64,000 nucleotides of DNA from Cyanobium sp. (lineage in GTDB: Bacteria > Cyanobacteriota > Cyanobacteriia > PCC-6307 > Cyanobiaceae). Position numbers and translations under genes: made by a program. How positions within the stretch are numbered: the first letter of the stretch is position 1; the number at the start of each line of letters is the position of its first letter. Below, in pieces: positions 1 through 10,975 of the stretch. The stretch is taken from the NCBI GenBank assembly GCA_014191755.1, contig BJHE01000009.1:16854-80853 (forward strand), given 5' to 3'. The notes under the pieces were generated by a model, which saw nothing but the letters and a program-made list of their open reading frames with translations, was not told where the DNA came from and made no database searches.

Positions 1-60
1 TGCAGCACTTATGCACCAGTTACGAATCCAATTTGATGAGGTCCGCAGCAGATTGCTCCC

Positions 61-2211
61 GTGGCCAACCGCAATTCTCCATCCCTTGTTGAACTGCTAT
101 ACAGCAAAATCGATGGATCTGGCCTCAGCAACAGCAAGCGGAGGCAGGCGGCTACGAACCCCTATTCCGTCGACACCCTTGCATCGATTCCGACCCTCTC
201 GGTGCCTGGGCTGAAACTCACGCTCCACCGAGCTACGGCCGGAAGCGGAAACGTGAAACAGCCAGCAGCACCCTTCAATCCGCAAGCAACGAGGCTTGAG
301 CAGGCGATCACCCGGAGCCCCGGCGGGCCCCGACCGGCCTCCCCCACAACCAGCGCCTCTTCAGCAGGCCATAGCACTTTGAACCTGGCCCTGCGGCAGG
401 AGACCCCTGAGGGGAGGCGCGGGGCCGATCAACAAGGCGGAACTGTCCCGAAGATGGCGCCTCCCCTGGCGACAGAGGCGCATCCGGTGGCGACAGATGC
501 TCCTCCCCTGGCGGCAGAGGCGCATCCGGTGGAGTTCAGCGAGGACACGGAACTGCGCGAGCCGACCTTGGTGGATGGCTCCGACCAGACCAGCACCGTG
601 GCCCTGATGGATCTGGGCTGGACGTTTCAGCTCCATTCCTCACCGACCTCAAGCAAGGTGATCTACCTCGATTTCAACGGCCACACCACCACAGGCACCA
701 GCTGGAACAACAGGACCATGGGCTCCTCTTTCTATTCACCTGCCTATGACATTGATGGCAATCCGGCGATTTTCAACAACGAGGAATTGAGCCGAATCCA
801 ACAGACCTGGCAGCGGGTTGCCGCCGATTTTGCGCCGTTTGATGTGAATGTCACCACCCAGGCACCACCAACCGACTGGCTGATCAAAAGCAACAGCACC
901 GATTCGAACTACGGGATCCGGGCCGTGATCACCGGCTATGGTCCATCCTCCAGCACCGCGGGCGGCATCGCGATCGCGAACAGCTTCAACGCCACCTCGG
1001 ATACGCCCTGCTTCATCTACAACAAAAGCCTAGCGGGTGTGGCTGAGGCGGTCAGCCATGAGGTGGGGCATAGCCTCGGACTTTCCCACGACGGCACCAG
1101 CAGCAGTACCTACTACTACGGCCACGGCAGTGGCGAAACCAGTTGGGCACCGATCATGGGGTCAAGCTATACCAAAAACGTTACAACCTGGGATAATGGC
1201 ACCTATTTCGGCAGCACCAACGGAGCCGCCTCAGCCAACTATAGTCGTGGCCCTAATGATATGGCCGTGATCAGCACCTATAATGGTTTTGGCTATCAGC
1301 TCGACCAGATCGGCAACGATCCGAGCAGCGCCGCAGCCCTCACGGTCGCCGGCGGCGTAGTTAGTCAGTTCGGCAGGATCGAAACCTCCCTAGACAGCGA
1401 CTTCTATTCCTTTCAGCTTCTGGGCAGCGGCAATGTGAATCTGAAGTTCGATCCCTATTGCTATCGGGCCTACGTGGATCGTGACGGGCTCTGGGGGGGC
1501 AGCAATCTGGTGTACACCGCACCGGTGAGTGATGCCAACAGCGGCACCGCCTATGCCGACAGCGGCAGCAATCTCGATCTCGCGGTGGGGCTGTATTCGA
1601 GCTCCGGAAGCCTGCTCGGCAGCTTCAACGATGCGGGACTGGCTACCACCTTGGCCTGGTCCAACTTGGCGGCGGGCACCTACTATGTGAAGCTCGATGG
1701 GGTGGGAGTGGGCAACCCCACCACCAGCCCAGCGAACGGCTACAGCGACTACGGCAGTGTTGGCAATTACCTCATCACTGGCACGATCACCAACGCTCTA
1801 GGCAGCGGCACGCCGCTGTCTACGACAACCGCACTGGCCCCCTCAAGCTCAACCCCCAAGGACGTGATCAGCCCCTCCGGGAAAGCGGCTATCCCCGCCG
1901 CCGCGCCCAGGGATTCCCTCACCGGCATCGCCTCGGGGAGCGCGACCTCCATGGCCTTTCAATCCGACCCGCTGCTAGATCCCCGCTTCGCCGCCACGGT
2001 GCTGGGATCGGCTGCCCCTGGGTTCCCAGCCGCCAAGGTCGACAACCTCCAGGAGGGACTGATCACCGACAGGGCAGCCACCACCCTTTTGGGTGCCGTC
2101 AGCGAGCCCTCCCGATCCCCCTTCGCTGGTGATCTCCAGACGGTGCTCGGAGCCCTGGGGCTGGCGACCGAACGGGCAACCGCGGCACAGCCGACCTGGG
2201 CCCTGGCCTGA
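61..2211 (+). CDS. Metzincin-type zinc metalloprotease with C-terminal PPC-like beta domain
   Basis: HEVGHSLGLSH (HExxHxxGxxH) followed by Met-turn APIMG; downstream DFYSF/GTYYVKL strands. An in-frame stop at 37-39 bounds the ORF; true start uncertain. Confidence 0.8.
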   Translation: MANRNSPSLVELLYSKIDGSGLSNSKRRQAATNPYSVDTLASIPTLSVPGLKLTLHRATAGSGNVKQPAAPFNPQATRLEQAITRSPGGPRPASPTTSASSAGHSTLNLALRQETPEGRRGADQQGGTVPKMAPPLATEAHPVATDAPPLAAEAHPVEFSEDTELREPTLVDGSDQTSTVALMDLGWTFQLHSSPTSSKVIYLDFNGHTTTGTSWNNRTMGSSFYSPAYDIDGNPAIFNNEELSRIQQTWQRVAADFAPFDVNVTTQAPPTDWLIKSNSTDSNYGIRAVITGYGPSSSTAGGIAIANSFNATSDTPCFIYNKSLAGVAEAVSHEVGHSLGLSHDGTSSSTYYYGHGSGETSWAPIMGSSYTKNVTTWDNGTYFGSTNGAASANYSRGPNDMAVISTYNGFGYQLDQIGNDPSSAAALTVAGGVVSQFGRIETSLDSDFYSFQLLGSGNVNLKFDPYCYRAYVDRDGLWGGSNLVYTAPVSDANSGTAYADSGSNLDLAVGLYSSSGSLLGSFNDAGLATTLAWSNLAAGTYYVKLDGVGVGNPTTSPANGYSDYGSVGNYLITGTITNALGSGTPLSTTTALAPSSSTPKDVISPSGKAAIPAAAPRDSLTGIASGSATSMAFQSDPLLDPRFAATVLGSAAPGFPAAKVDNLQEGLITDRAATTLLGAVSEPSRSPFAGDLQTVLGALGLATERATAAQPTWALA
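460..532 (+). repeat. 42-bp-period tandem duplication inside the protease N-terminal linker
   Basis: cctcccctggcgacagaggcgcatccggtgg (460-490) recurs with one mismatch at 502-532; PPLATEAHPV/PPLAAEAHPV. Confidence 0.9.
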
Positions 2212-2222
2212 GCAGCAACCAC

Positions 2223-2272
2223 AAAAAGGATCGCTTCCGCAGCAGGGATGGGGCAGAAGCGATCCTCTTTTT
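2223..2272 (+). terminator. Probable intrinsic terminator of the protease gene
   Basis: 11-bp stem AGGATCGCTTC (2227-2237)/GAAGCGATCCT (2256-2266), with an A run before and a T run after. Confidence 0.7.
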
Positions 2273-2336
2273 ACTATCGTGAAAACACATCTGTCATTCA
2301 TCTCTAAAATATTATTTAGCTCTAAAAAGTTGGGAT

Positions 2337-3548
2337 GTGATTTGTGTGGTATCGCAGTCCCCCCCTGAACTGGGGCCGGCGGTCAGCTCCCCGGCCAGGC
2401 GGGCCCGCACCCGGAGCGGTCAGCTGCGGCTGGCGGGTCTGCTGCATCCCTTCAGCTGGGGAGCGCGGGCCCCGCTGCTCAACACTGAGGGCCTGGCCAG
2501 GCTGCTGGCAGCCCCCCTCGGCATCACCACCATCCGCTCCCCGCAGCCAGGGGAGGCCGGGGCGCACCAGCTGAGCCTGAACCGGCTGGGCCCGCACTGG
2601 ATCGCCGCCTGGGTGGGCACGCCGCTTCAGATCGTGGCGGCACAGCCTCCCCCCACGCTGATTTTTCCCCGGGGTGGAAGGCTGGAATGGGAGCACAACG
2701 GCCGCTGGCAGCGACTGGATCCAGGCGGGTTGCTGGTGCTGAACGGCGGCGCGGCCTACCAGCTGCGCTGCGGCGTGTGTTCCTTGGTGGCGATCGGTAT
2801 GGACGCAAGCCGCCTGGAAGACAAGACCAGCCAGCTGAGGGCGCCTGGCCTGGACTTTGAACACTGGCGCCGCAACCTGCAACGGCCCTTGTTGATCGGG
2901 CCGGATCGCAGCGGTTGGGACGAGCTGGGTGAGGGTCTGAACCGGCTGTTGGCGTTGTTCGAGGTTCTGGAGGGCATCGACCTCCGGCTGGCTACGCGGC
3001 TGGGCCTGGATGCCAGCCTCGAAGGGCTGGTGGCGATGCTGCTGCTGGCGAGCGCATCGGGGCCGGAAGCCGTGAATCTGGCGGAGGCCACCGGGCCGAT
3101 GCCCCAGCGCAACACAAGCTTCGAGGCGCTGCTGAGCCGCATCCGCTCCCATCTGGAGGAACCGCTTGATCTGGCGCGGCTGGAGAGTTGGGCGCACACC
3201 TCCCGGCGAAGCCTGCAGGTGGTGTTCCAGGACCGACTTGGCTGCACCCCGATGCAATGGGTGCGCCAGGAACGGTTGAACCTGGCGCTCCAACGTCTAA
3301 AGCATCCGACTCAGCACGACACGGTTGCCAGCATCGCCAGCACCTGTGGCTACTCCTCACCATCCAGGTTCAGCGCTGATTTCCGACGCCAATACCGGTT
3401 GCCTCCCTCGGCCCTGTTGCGGAAGGGTCGGCGACAAACCCAGGCCGGCGATCGTGAACCCAGCGACCACGAGGGGGCATCCAACGGGGAGGAAGCCCCC
3501 TCGGGAAGCCCGCCTCAGGCTGGGGTGAGGGAGCTCAGCAGCTCGTGA
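2337..3548 (+). CDS. AraC/XylS-family transcriptional regulator
   Basis: C-terminal double HTH: SRRSLQVVFQDRLGCTP...TVASIASTCGYSSPSRFSADFRRQY. Start uncertain; overlaps the pepN end by 14 bp. Confidence 0.85.
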   Translation: MICVVSQSPPELGPAVSSPARRARTRSGQLRLAGLLHPFSWGARAPLLNTEGLARLLAAPLGITTIRSPQPGEAGAHQLSLNRLGPHWIAAWVGTPLQIVAAQPPPTLIFPRGGRLEWEHNGRWQRLDPGGLLVLNGGAAYQLRCGVCSLVAIGMDASRLEDKTSQLRAPGLDFEHWRRNLQRPLLIGPDRSGWDELGEGLNRLLALFEVLEGIDLRLATRLGLDASLEGLVAMLLLASASGPEAVNLAEATGPMPQRNTSFEALLSRIRSHLEEPLDLARLESWAHTSRRSLQVVFQDRLGCTPMQWVRQERLNLALQRLKHPTQHDTVASIASTCGYSSPSRFSADFRRQYRLPPSALLRKGRRQTQAGDREPSDHEGASNGEEAPSGSPPQAGVRELSSS

Positions 3549-6267
3549 GGCACTGATTCACCACTTCCCGGGTATTGGCAGACAGGGGGGCAGCGGCCAG
3601 GAGCTCAAGGGCTTCGGCCATGCGGGCGGAGCGGAGCGCGCCGTAGCTGCGCCAGCGGCTGAAGACCTTGGCGAGCCGCGAAGCCGTGATCGGATTACGG
3701 CTGTCGAGTTCGGCGATGCGGTCGGCCAAGAAGCGATAGCCACGGCCATCGATGGCATGGAACACCGGCGGATTGCCCGCAAGTCCGCCCAGCACGGCCC
3801 GCACCGAGTTGGGAGCCATCGGATCGAAGCGGGGATGGACCAGCAGGCGCTCCACCCGTTCCAGCCCATCAGCGAAGGGTGCAGAGGCCTCCAGGGCAAA
3901 CCAGGCATCAAGGATCACGGGCTTAGCCTGCCACCGGTCATGGAAGGCTCTGAGGGCCGCCTCCCGCTCCGGCAGGGCATGGCACTGGAGAGCCCGCAGT
4001 CCGGCCCGCGCCAAGGTCATGGAGCTTCCCTCCACGGCGGCGCGGGCGGCGGCGATCGCCCCGGCATCGGCCGCGGCCACCCGCCAGCTCCAGATCAGGC
4101 CCGTGAGGCTCCTGTCGCCGCTGCCCTCAGGCCAGGCCAGGGGCCACTGGGGGGTGATCCGTTCGAGTGCCTGGTGCAGGGGTTCGGCCAGAGACTCTCC
4201 GAACCGGCGCTGCAGGGCCAGCAGGGAGGCGAACAGGGCCGGGGGATCGGGCTCGGCCATCGCCTCCTCCAGTTCCGCCAACCCCGGCAAGGCCAGCAGG
4301 GCGGCACGACTCACTTCGGAAAGGGAGGGGTCGGCCAAGATGCGGCGGAAGGCTTCGATCAGTTCCTCCTCCAGGCCATTGTCTGCCTGGCCGCCGGCCC
4401 GGGCCAGGGCCGCAGCGCGCAGCAATTGCTGGCCGGCATCCCAGCGGGCGAAGGCATCGCTATCGGTGGCGAAGAGGTGCACCAACTCGCCGATCGGACG
4501 GCCGATCTCCAGGCGCACCGGTGCTGAGAAATGTCGCAGCAGTGAAAGGGCTGGGGGATGGGCCTGGGCCGGCAGCCCCTCAAACACCACCCGCTTCTGA
4601 GCCTCCTCCAGCACCAAGAGCCGGGTTCCCCGGCCCCAGCGGTTGGGCTCGAGGGTCGCGGCGATGGCGTCAGCTGGATCCTCCCCCTCCAGGCGCGGCA
4701 GCAGGGGCTCCCCGGCCCGGTCCAGCAGGCCGATGGCCAGGGGAATCACCAGGGGTTCCTTTTGGGGCTGGCCGGGTGTGGCCGGGGTGTGCTGGTGGAG
4801 CGTCAGCTCCAAACGGCCGTTGCCTCCATCCCAGTGCCGCTGAATCCGAACCACCGGCGTGCCGGCCTGGTGGTACCAACGGCGAAAGTGCCCGAAGTTG
4901 AAAGCCGGCCGCCGCGAATCCTGAGCGGTGGCCCCACCGGCAGCCGCATCCTCCATGGCCCGCACGAAGTCTTCGCAGGTGGCGGCGCTGCCGTCATGGC
5001 GGGCCACATAGAGGGCCATACCGCGCTGGAAGCTGTCCTCGCCGAGCAGGGTGTGGAGCATCCGAATCAGCTCGGACCCCTTTTCATAGATGGTGGTGGT
5101 ATAAAAATTATCAATTGCCTCATAACGGTCCGGCTGAACCGGGTGCGCAGTAGGACCGGCATCTTCGCGGAACTGCGTGTTGCGCAAGATCGCCACATTT
5201 TCGATCCGATTCAGCGATTCACCGTGCTGATCGGCACTGAAGCACTGGTCGCGAAAAACGGTGAGCCCCTCCTTGAGCGAGAGCTGGAACCAATCGCGGC
5301 AGGTGATGCGGTTGCCGGTCCAGTTATGGAAATACTCGTGGGCGATCACACTTTCCACGCGCTCCAGTTCCGCATCGGTGGCGGTTACGGCATCGGCGAG
5401 CACGAGCTTGGAGTTAAAGATATTCAGACTTTTATTCTCCATAGCGCCCATGTTGAAATGGCGCACGGCAACGATGTTGTACTCCTCCAGGTCGTATTCC
5501 AATCCGTACACCTCTTCATCCCAGGCCATGCTGCGCTGTAGCGATGCCAGGGCATGGGCGGTGTAGGGGGCGTCCCCCGGCTCCACGTGCAACCGCAGCG
5601 CCACCGGGCGACCGCTTGCGGTGGTGAAGCTGCCGCGCACCTCCTCCAGCTCGCCGGCCACTAAGGCGAAGAGGTAGGAGGGCTTGGGGAAGGGGTCGTC
5701 CCAGACTGCGAAGTGGCGCCCGCTTTCGCCCGACCCTTCACCATCGGCTGCAGCGGGCAGATCGCCGCTGGCGATGCAGTTTCCGTTGGAAAGAAGCACC
5801 GGACAGGTGATGCGGTCGGCCTCGATCCGCACCCGAAAGCGGCTGAGCAGATCGGGACGATCCGGGTGGAAGGTGATGTGCCGGAATCCCTCAGCCTCGC
5901 ACTGGGTGGTGAACAGGCCTCCGCTCACGTACAGCCCCTCGAGGGTGGTGTTCGTGTGGGGAGTGATTCGCACCCGGCTCTCGAGCACGAAGGGGCACTG
6001 GGGCAGGGCCGTCAGCAGGAGCCGATCGCTATGGCGCTCGAACGCATCGGCGACCAAGGGGGAACCATCGAGCCGGAGTTCCTCCAGCTCCAGGTCCACC
6101 CCCATCAGCTCCAGGGGCTGGCCTCCCGAGACGTCAGCTTGAGGATTCGGCTGGAAGGCCAGCCGGGCCTCCACCATGGTGTGATCCGAATAAAGCTGTA
6201 CCGAGAGGTCGGTGCGCTCGAGCAGGAACGGTGCCGGCCGATAATCACTGAGAAGAACGGCCGCCAT
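3535..6267 (-). CDS. pepN: Aminopeptidase N (M1 family)
   Basis: GAMENK and HEYFH...E motifs, TQCEAEGFR; start taken at MAAVLLSDY (6267). Confidence 0.95.
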   Translation of the reverse strand: MAAVLLSDYRPAPFLLERTDLSVQLYSDHTMVEARLAFQPNPQADVSGGQPLELMGVDLELEELRLDGSPLVADAFERHSDRLLLTALPQCPFVLESRVRITPHTNTTLEGLYVSGGLFTTQCEAEGFRHITFHPDRPDLLSRFRVRIEADRITCPVLLSNGNCIASGDLPAAADGEGSGESGRHFAVWDDPFPKPSYLFALVAGELEEVRGSFTTASGRPVALRLHVEPGDAPYTAHALASLQRSMAWDEEVYGLEYDLEEYNIVAVRHFNMGAMENKSLNIFNSKLVLADAVTATDAELERVESVIAHEYFHNWTGNRITCRDWFQLSLKEGLTVFRDQCFSADQHGESLNRIENVAILRNTQFREDAGPTAHPVQPDRYEAIDNFYTTTIYEKGSELIRMLHTLLGEDSFQRGMALYVARHDGSAATCEDFVRAMEDAAAGGATAQDSRRPAFNFGHFRRWYHQAGTPVVRIQRHWDGGNGRLELTLHQHTPATPGQPQKEPLVIPLAIGLLDRAGEPLLPRLEGEDPADAIAATLEPNRWGRGTRLLVLEEAQKRVVFEGLPAQAHPPALSLLRHFSAPVRLEIGRPIGELVHLFATDSDAFARWDAGQQLLRAAALARAGGQADNGLEEELIEAFRRILADPSLSEVSRAALLALPGLAELEEAMAEPDPPALFASLLALQRRFGESLAEPLHQALERITPQWPLAWPEGSGDRSLTGLIWSWRVAAADAGAIAAARAAVEGSSMTLARAGLRALQCHALPEREAALRAFHDRWQAKPVILDAWFALEASAPFADGLERVERLLVHPRFDPMAPNSVRAVLGGLAGNPPVFHAIDGRGYRFLADRIAELDSRNPITASRLAKVFSRWRSYGALRSARMAEALELLAAAPLSANTREVVNQCLTSC

Positions 6268-6289
6268 CAGAATCGGAGGATGTAGAGAG

Positions 6290-6709
6290 TTATTTTGAAG
6301 GAGCCGGGGCCTTGGCACCGGCCTGTTTCAGGGCCGCCTCAACCTTCTTCATCACCTCGGGCGGAACCGACTTCGGACAGATCTCAGCGGCGCCGAGAAC
6401 AGCCGAATTGATCGACCCCTTGCGCAACTCCTCAATCGTGAGGGTCTTGCCGGGCACCTGCTGGATCTGACCCTGATGTTGGCCCTGAATCAGCTGGGCG
6501 ATCGTCTCGCCGGCGATGGCCACAGACTTGTCAAAGTCAACCCCAGCGGTACGGGAAATGCAGACATTCACCGCTGCAATGCGGGTGTAAAGGTTCATCT
6601 CCGCCTGGGTGGCTGGGGCGGCCTGGGCGGCGCCACCAGCGAGCAGCAGGGGAAGGGCCACAAGAGGTGCCACCAGAAGGCGCCGGGCACCGCGAACGGG
6701 GAAGGACAA
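6290..6709 (-). CDS. Small signal-peptide-bearing hypothetical protein
   Basis: Signal-like N terminus ending AQA-A; two Cys (NVCISR, EICPK); no catalytic motif recognised. Confidence 0.7.
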   Translation of the reverse strand: MSFPVRGARRLLVAPLVALPLLLAGGAAQAAPATQAEMNLYTRIAAVNVCISRTAGVDFDKSVAIAGETIAQLIQGQHQGQIQQVPGKTLTIEELRKGSINSAVLGAAEICPKSVPPEVMKKVEAALKQAGAKAPAPSK

Positions 6710-6777
6710 GGGAGACTGAGTCGGACCCCCCCATGCTGCTGCATCGGGGGTGTCCTGCCGAGGGGGTCGGTTGCGAT

Positions 6778-7374
6778 TCAGGCCACTCCTTCCAGCGGCG
6801 CACCCGCCCCCTCCAGCCGGATCTCGTGGTGCATCTCCGTAATCTCCAGGACACCATCACGCCACGAGAAAATCGAGCGAGCCCGATATCGATCCTGATC
6901 GATGAAGCGAATATGCTCCACAATGGACCACTCCTTATAGTGGGATTCGAACATCAATTCATGTTCATCCACCTGGCGGATCTGACTCTTGCTGGGGGCG
7001 CCATCCAGATAGCTGCCGCTGCGACGGAGTTGGTGGCCGCAGAGATAGGCCACCATCGACCCCTCGCGCGAGTATCCGGGCTTGCGTTCGAAAAAGTCGT
7101 ACTCCTTTTCCGGCCACCAGCTGAAGTGATAAGCCGCATCCCCCTCCACCGGTTGGCTGAAGCTTTCGACCCGAACCCTCATGTCGACCCGCATCACCTC
7201 GTCATCGGGGAAGAAGTAAGTGCGGCGTGAGCGCCACAGCCCCAGATTGCGGTTAAACCAGCGGCGAAGGCTGCTATCCAGCTGGATACGGCTGGGGACC
7301 GCTCCTTCTGAGCGGGACGGGCGCGGCGAGGGAAGGTGAGGATTGCCCAGGTTCGGCTCAGGCGGCATCGTCAT
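6778..7374 (-). CDS. CpcS/CpeS-like phycobiliprotein lyase
   Basis: WFNRNLGLWRSRRTY resembles the S/U-lyase N-terminal G-x-W-R-S-x-R motif; beta-barrel pattern to EHIRF...YRARSI. Confidence 0.65.
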   Translation of the reverse strand: MTMPPEPNLGNPHLPSPRPSRSEGAVPSRIQLDSSLRRWFNRNLGLWRSRRTYFFPDDEVMRVDMRVRVESFSQPVEGDAAYHFSWWPEKEYDFFERKPGYSREGSMVAYLCGHQLRRSGSYLDGAPSKSQIRQVDEHELMFESHYKEWSIVEHIRFIDQDRYRARSIFSWRDGVLEITEMHHEIRLEGAGAPLEGVA

Positions 7375-7467
7375 TGGATGGGAGGTGCCTTCTTGGGGCC
7401 TGATGGCTAGGGAGCCTTTGCTGCAGTCCTAGCCAGATCAACACGGATTGCCCAAGGGGCCCATAAG

Positions 7468-8697
7468 GTGGCGTCGAGCCGCCGAATGCCGGTGCCCGCC
7501 GCAGGGCCGATCCAGGATCCCGACAGCCTTCGCAATGGACCGGGGGCGGCGGTTGGGCGGCCCAAACTGAAACTGCTCCTGGTGGCAGCCAACTACCACC
7601 TGGCCACGCCTGATCTGCGCAATCTGGTGGCTTTCCTGCACGGCGAGGAGTGCGCTTCCCCGATATCCCTGGAGATCGCCGACCCCGCCCACCATCCGGA
7701 ATTGCTGGAACTGCACCGGTTGGTGGCGACCCCGGCCCTGGTGAAGCTCTCCCCAGAGCCGCGCCAGGTGTTCGCGGGCACCACCCTGGCGATGCAGGTG
7801 CGGAGCTGGCTGCCCCGCTGGCGCCAGATGGAGGTGGTCAGCAGCCTCGGCCTCAGCCTCAGACCCGCCGAGATCGATGGCAGCCGCACGGCCCGGGAGG
7901 TTCAGCTCGAGGACCAGTTGCTGGTGCTGCGTCAGGAGAATGAGACCCTGATCGAGCGGCTGGGGGTGCAGGAAAGGCTGCTGAGGATGGTGGCTCACGA
8001 ACTGCGTACCCCCCTCACCGCAGCCAAGCTGGCCCTCCAGAGCCATGGGCTCGGGCAAATCGACGAGATCCGCTTCCGAGACGTGCTCAACCGAAGGCTC
8101 GATGACATCGAAGCGCTCTCCCTCGACCTGCTGGAGGTGGGCACCACGCGCTGGGAGGCCCTCTTCAATCCCCAGCGCCTCGCCCTGGGCCGGGTTGCCG
8201 CTGAGGCCATTCTCGAGCTGGAGAAGCTCTGGATTGGCCGAGACCTCGATCTGATCACCGACATCCCGGCCGACCTGCCGGATGTCTACGCCGATCAGAG
8301 GCGCATGCGCCAGGTGCTGCTCAACCTTCTGGAGAACGCCCTGAAGTTCACGCCCGCCGGAGGCAGGGTGACCCTCACCCTGTTGCACCGCACCAGCCAG
8401 TGGGTGCAGGCGAGTGTGTGTGACAGCGGCCCCGGCATCCCCCGGGAAGAGCAGCAGCGCATCTTTCAGGATCGGGTACGCCTGCCCCAGACCTCGGGCA
8501 ACACCTCCGGCTTCGGCGTGGGGTTATCGGTGTGCCGGCGGATCACGGAAGTGCATGGAGGCAGGATCTGGGTGGTCTCGGAACCCGGGGAGGGCGCCTG
8601 TTTCCACTTCACCGTGCCGGTCTGGTTCGGCCAGACCTCTCCAGATGTCAGCGAGCGGCTGGCGGGCGGCAAGCTCCTTGACGAAGGGTCCCCCTGA
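7468..8697 (+). CDS. sasA: Circadian output histidine kinase with KaiB-like N-terminal domain
   Basis: KaiB-like [11 protein letters not shown] segment, H-box AHELRTPL, N-box [17 protein letters not shown] and GFGVGL G-boxes. Confidence 0.92.
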   Translation: MASSRRMPVPAAGPIQDPDSLRNGPGAAVGRPKLKLLLVAANYHLATPDLRNLVAFLHGEECASPISLEIADPAHHPELLELHRLVATPALVKLSPEPRQVFAGTTLAMQVRSWLPRWRQMEVVSSLGLSLRPAEIDGSRTAREVQLEDQLLVLRQENETLIERLGVQERLLRMVAHELRTPLTAAKLALQSHGLGQIDEIRFRDVLNRRLDDIEALSLDLLEVGTTRWEALFNPQRLALGRVAAEAILELEKLWIGRDLDLITDIPADLPDVYADQRRMRQVLLNLLENALKFTPAGGRVTLTLLHRTSQWVQASVCDSGPGIPREEQQRIFQDRVRLPQTSGNTSGFGVGLSVCRRITEVHGGRIWVVSEPGEGACFHFTVPVWFGQTSPDVSERLAGGKLLDEGSP

Positions 8698-8739
8698 ACC
8701 GTAGTTTCCGTCTGTCGGAGCTTCGGGCTCGACGGCCTC

Positions 8740-8812
8740 GCCCCCATCGTCTAGAGGCCTAGGACACCTCCCTTTCACGGAGGCGACAGGGGTTCGAATC
8801 CCCTTGGGGGTA
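8740..8812 (+). tRNA. tRNA-Glu(UUC)
   Basis: GCCCCCATCGTCTAGAGGCCTAGGACACCTCCCTTTCACGGAGGCGACAGGGGTTCGAATCCCCTTGGGGGTA; anticodon arm CCTCC-CTTTCAC-GGAGG; GTTCGAAT T-loop; CCA not encoded. Confidence 0.97.
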
Positions 8813-8875
8813 TGTGGAACGGTGGAGCTGCCACCGTTAGCAAATTTGTGTTATCGCCCCCGCTAGCGGCAGGCA

Positions 8876-9346
8876 TCAGGAGGTTGCGGCCCTCCGTAAG
8901 GCCTCCCTCTGAACACCGCGCAGGTTGCTGGCGAGATCCTGCTGTAGTCGTTGCTCGATCAAGCCGAGCGGCATGCCGGGTTTTCCCTGAACAGTGAGTT
9001 CGTAAAGAAGCCAGCTGCTGCTCGCATCGTTGCCGATGCACCAGACCCCTTCGAAACAGCGGAAATCGCCCTCCAGCATCCGGAAACTGAGGCGTCCCTG
9101 ATCCTTGAGTTCGGTGAGTTCAAGCTTCACCCGGGCTGAGAAGCGCATTCCGCAGAACTGCTGGGTGCCCACCTGTTCCAGCCCCACCCGGTTGCCTTGG
9201 CGCCAGAGCAGGCTCGAACTAGTCAGGTTAGGGATGAAGCGGGAGAGGTTCTCGTAATCGGTGAGAACATCCCACAGAAATAATGGGTCCAGATTGAGGC
9301 GAAGCTGAACGGCCAGCCGCCGGATCCCTTGGGGAAGCCGCTCCAT
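8876..9346 (-). CDS. SRPBCC/polyketide-cyclase (START-like) family protein
   Basis: LWDVLTDYENLSRFIPNL and FRMLEGDFRCFEGVW motifs; the start may lie somewhat upstream of 9346. Confidence 0.8.
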   Translation of the reverse strand: MERLPQGIRRLAVQLRLNLDPLFLWDVLTDYENLSRFIPNLTSSSLLWRQGNRVGLEQVGTQQFCGMRFSARVKLELTELKDQGRLSFRMLEGDFRCFEGVWCIGNDASSSWLLYELTVQGKPGMPLGLIEQRLQQDLASNLRGVQREALRRAATS

Positions 9347-9556
9347 GTCCTGCTGGATGGTGTCCAGCCCACAGATCAACGGCGTTGGAGGGTTCTCAAG
9401 CAAGCGACCCAGAGGGGAAGGGGGAAAGGTTGCCGGGAGCTGCGCCAAGGGGAAATTCAGGGCAGAAGCGAGAGCTAGTCCGCGGGCCAACCTAGCTGCA
9501 TTTGCCGATCGAGTGCTGGCCGGAAGGCGGTGATGTCTATGATCAAGCCGCTTTAG

Positions 9557-10789
<1,233 letters not shown>

Positions 10790-10810
10790 ACCCTCCACCC
10801 CTTGCACCAT

Positions 10811-10834
10811 GCCCGCCTCCGGCGGGCTTTTTTT
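10811..10834 (+). terminator. Rho-independent terminator after petH
   Basis: GCCCGCC-TCC-GGCGGGC hairpin followed by 7 T. Confidence 0.88.
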
Positions 10835-10975
10835 ATGGGCACGCCTGGTCCAGACCCCGGGGAAAGCGATCCACTCCGATCCGAAAACGCACACACAGCA
10901 ACGGCATGGGCCTTGCAAAGCAGCCAAGGCCGGCCGCCGCCGTTAAACCAGAACCATCCGGCCGCTTTCAACAGC

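Noticed and set aside
6290-6709. 'cAMP phosphodiesterase' label often given to similar small proteins
   Set aside because: No metal-binding phosphodiesterase motif in 139 aa; left as hypothetical.
8740-8876. Island or prophage integrated at tRNA-Glu
   Set aside because: No integrase, no duplicated tRNA 3' end seen, and the flanking gene order is the usual core arrangement.
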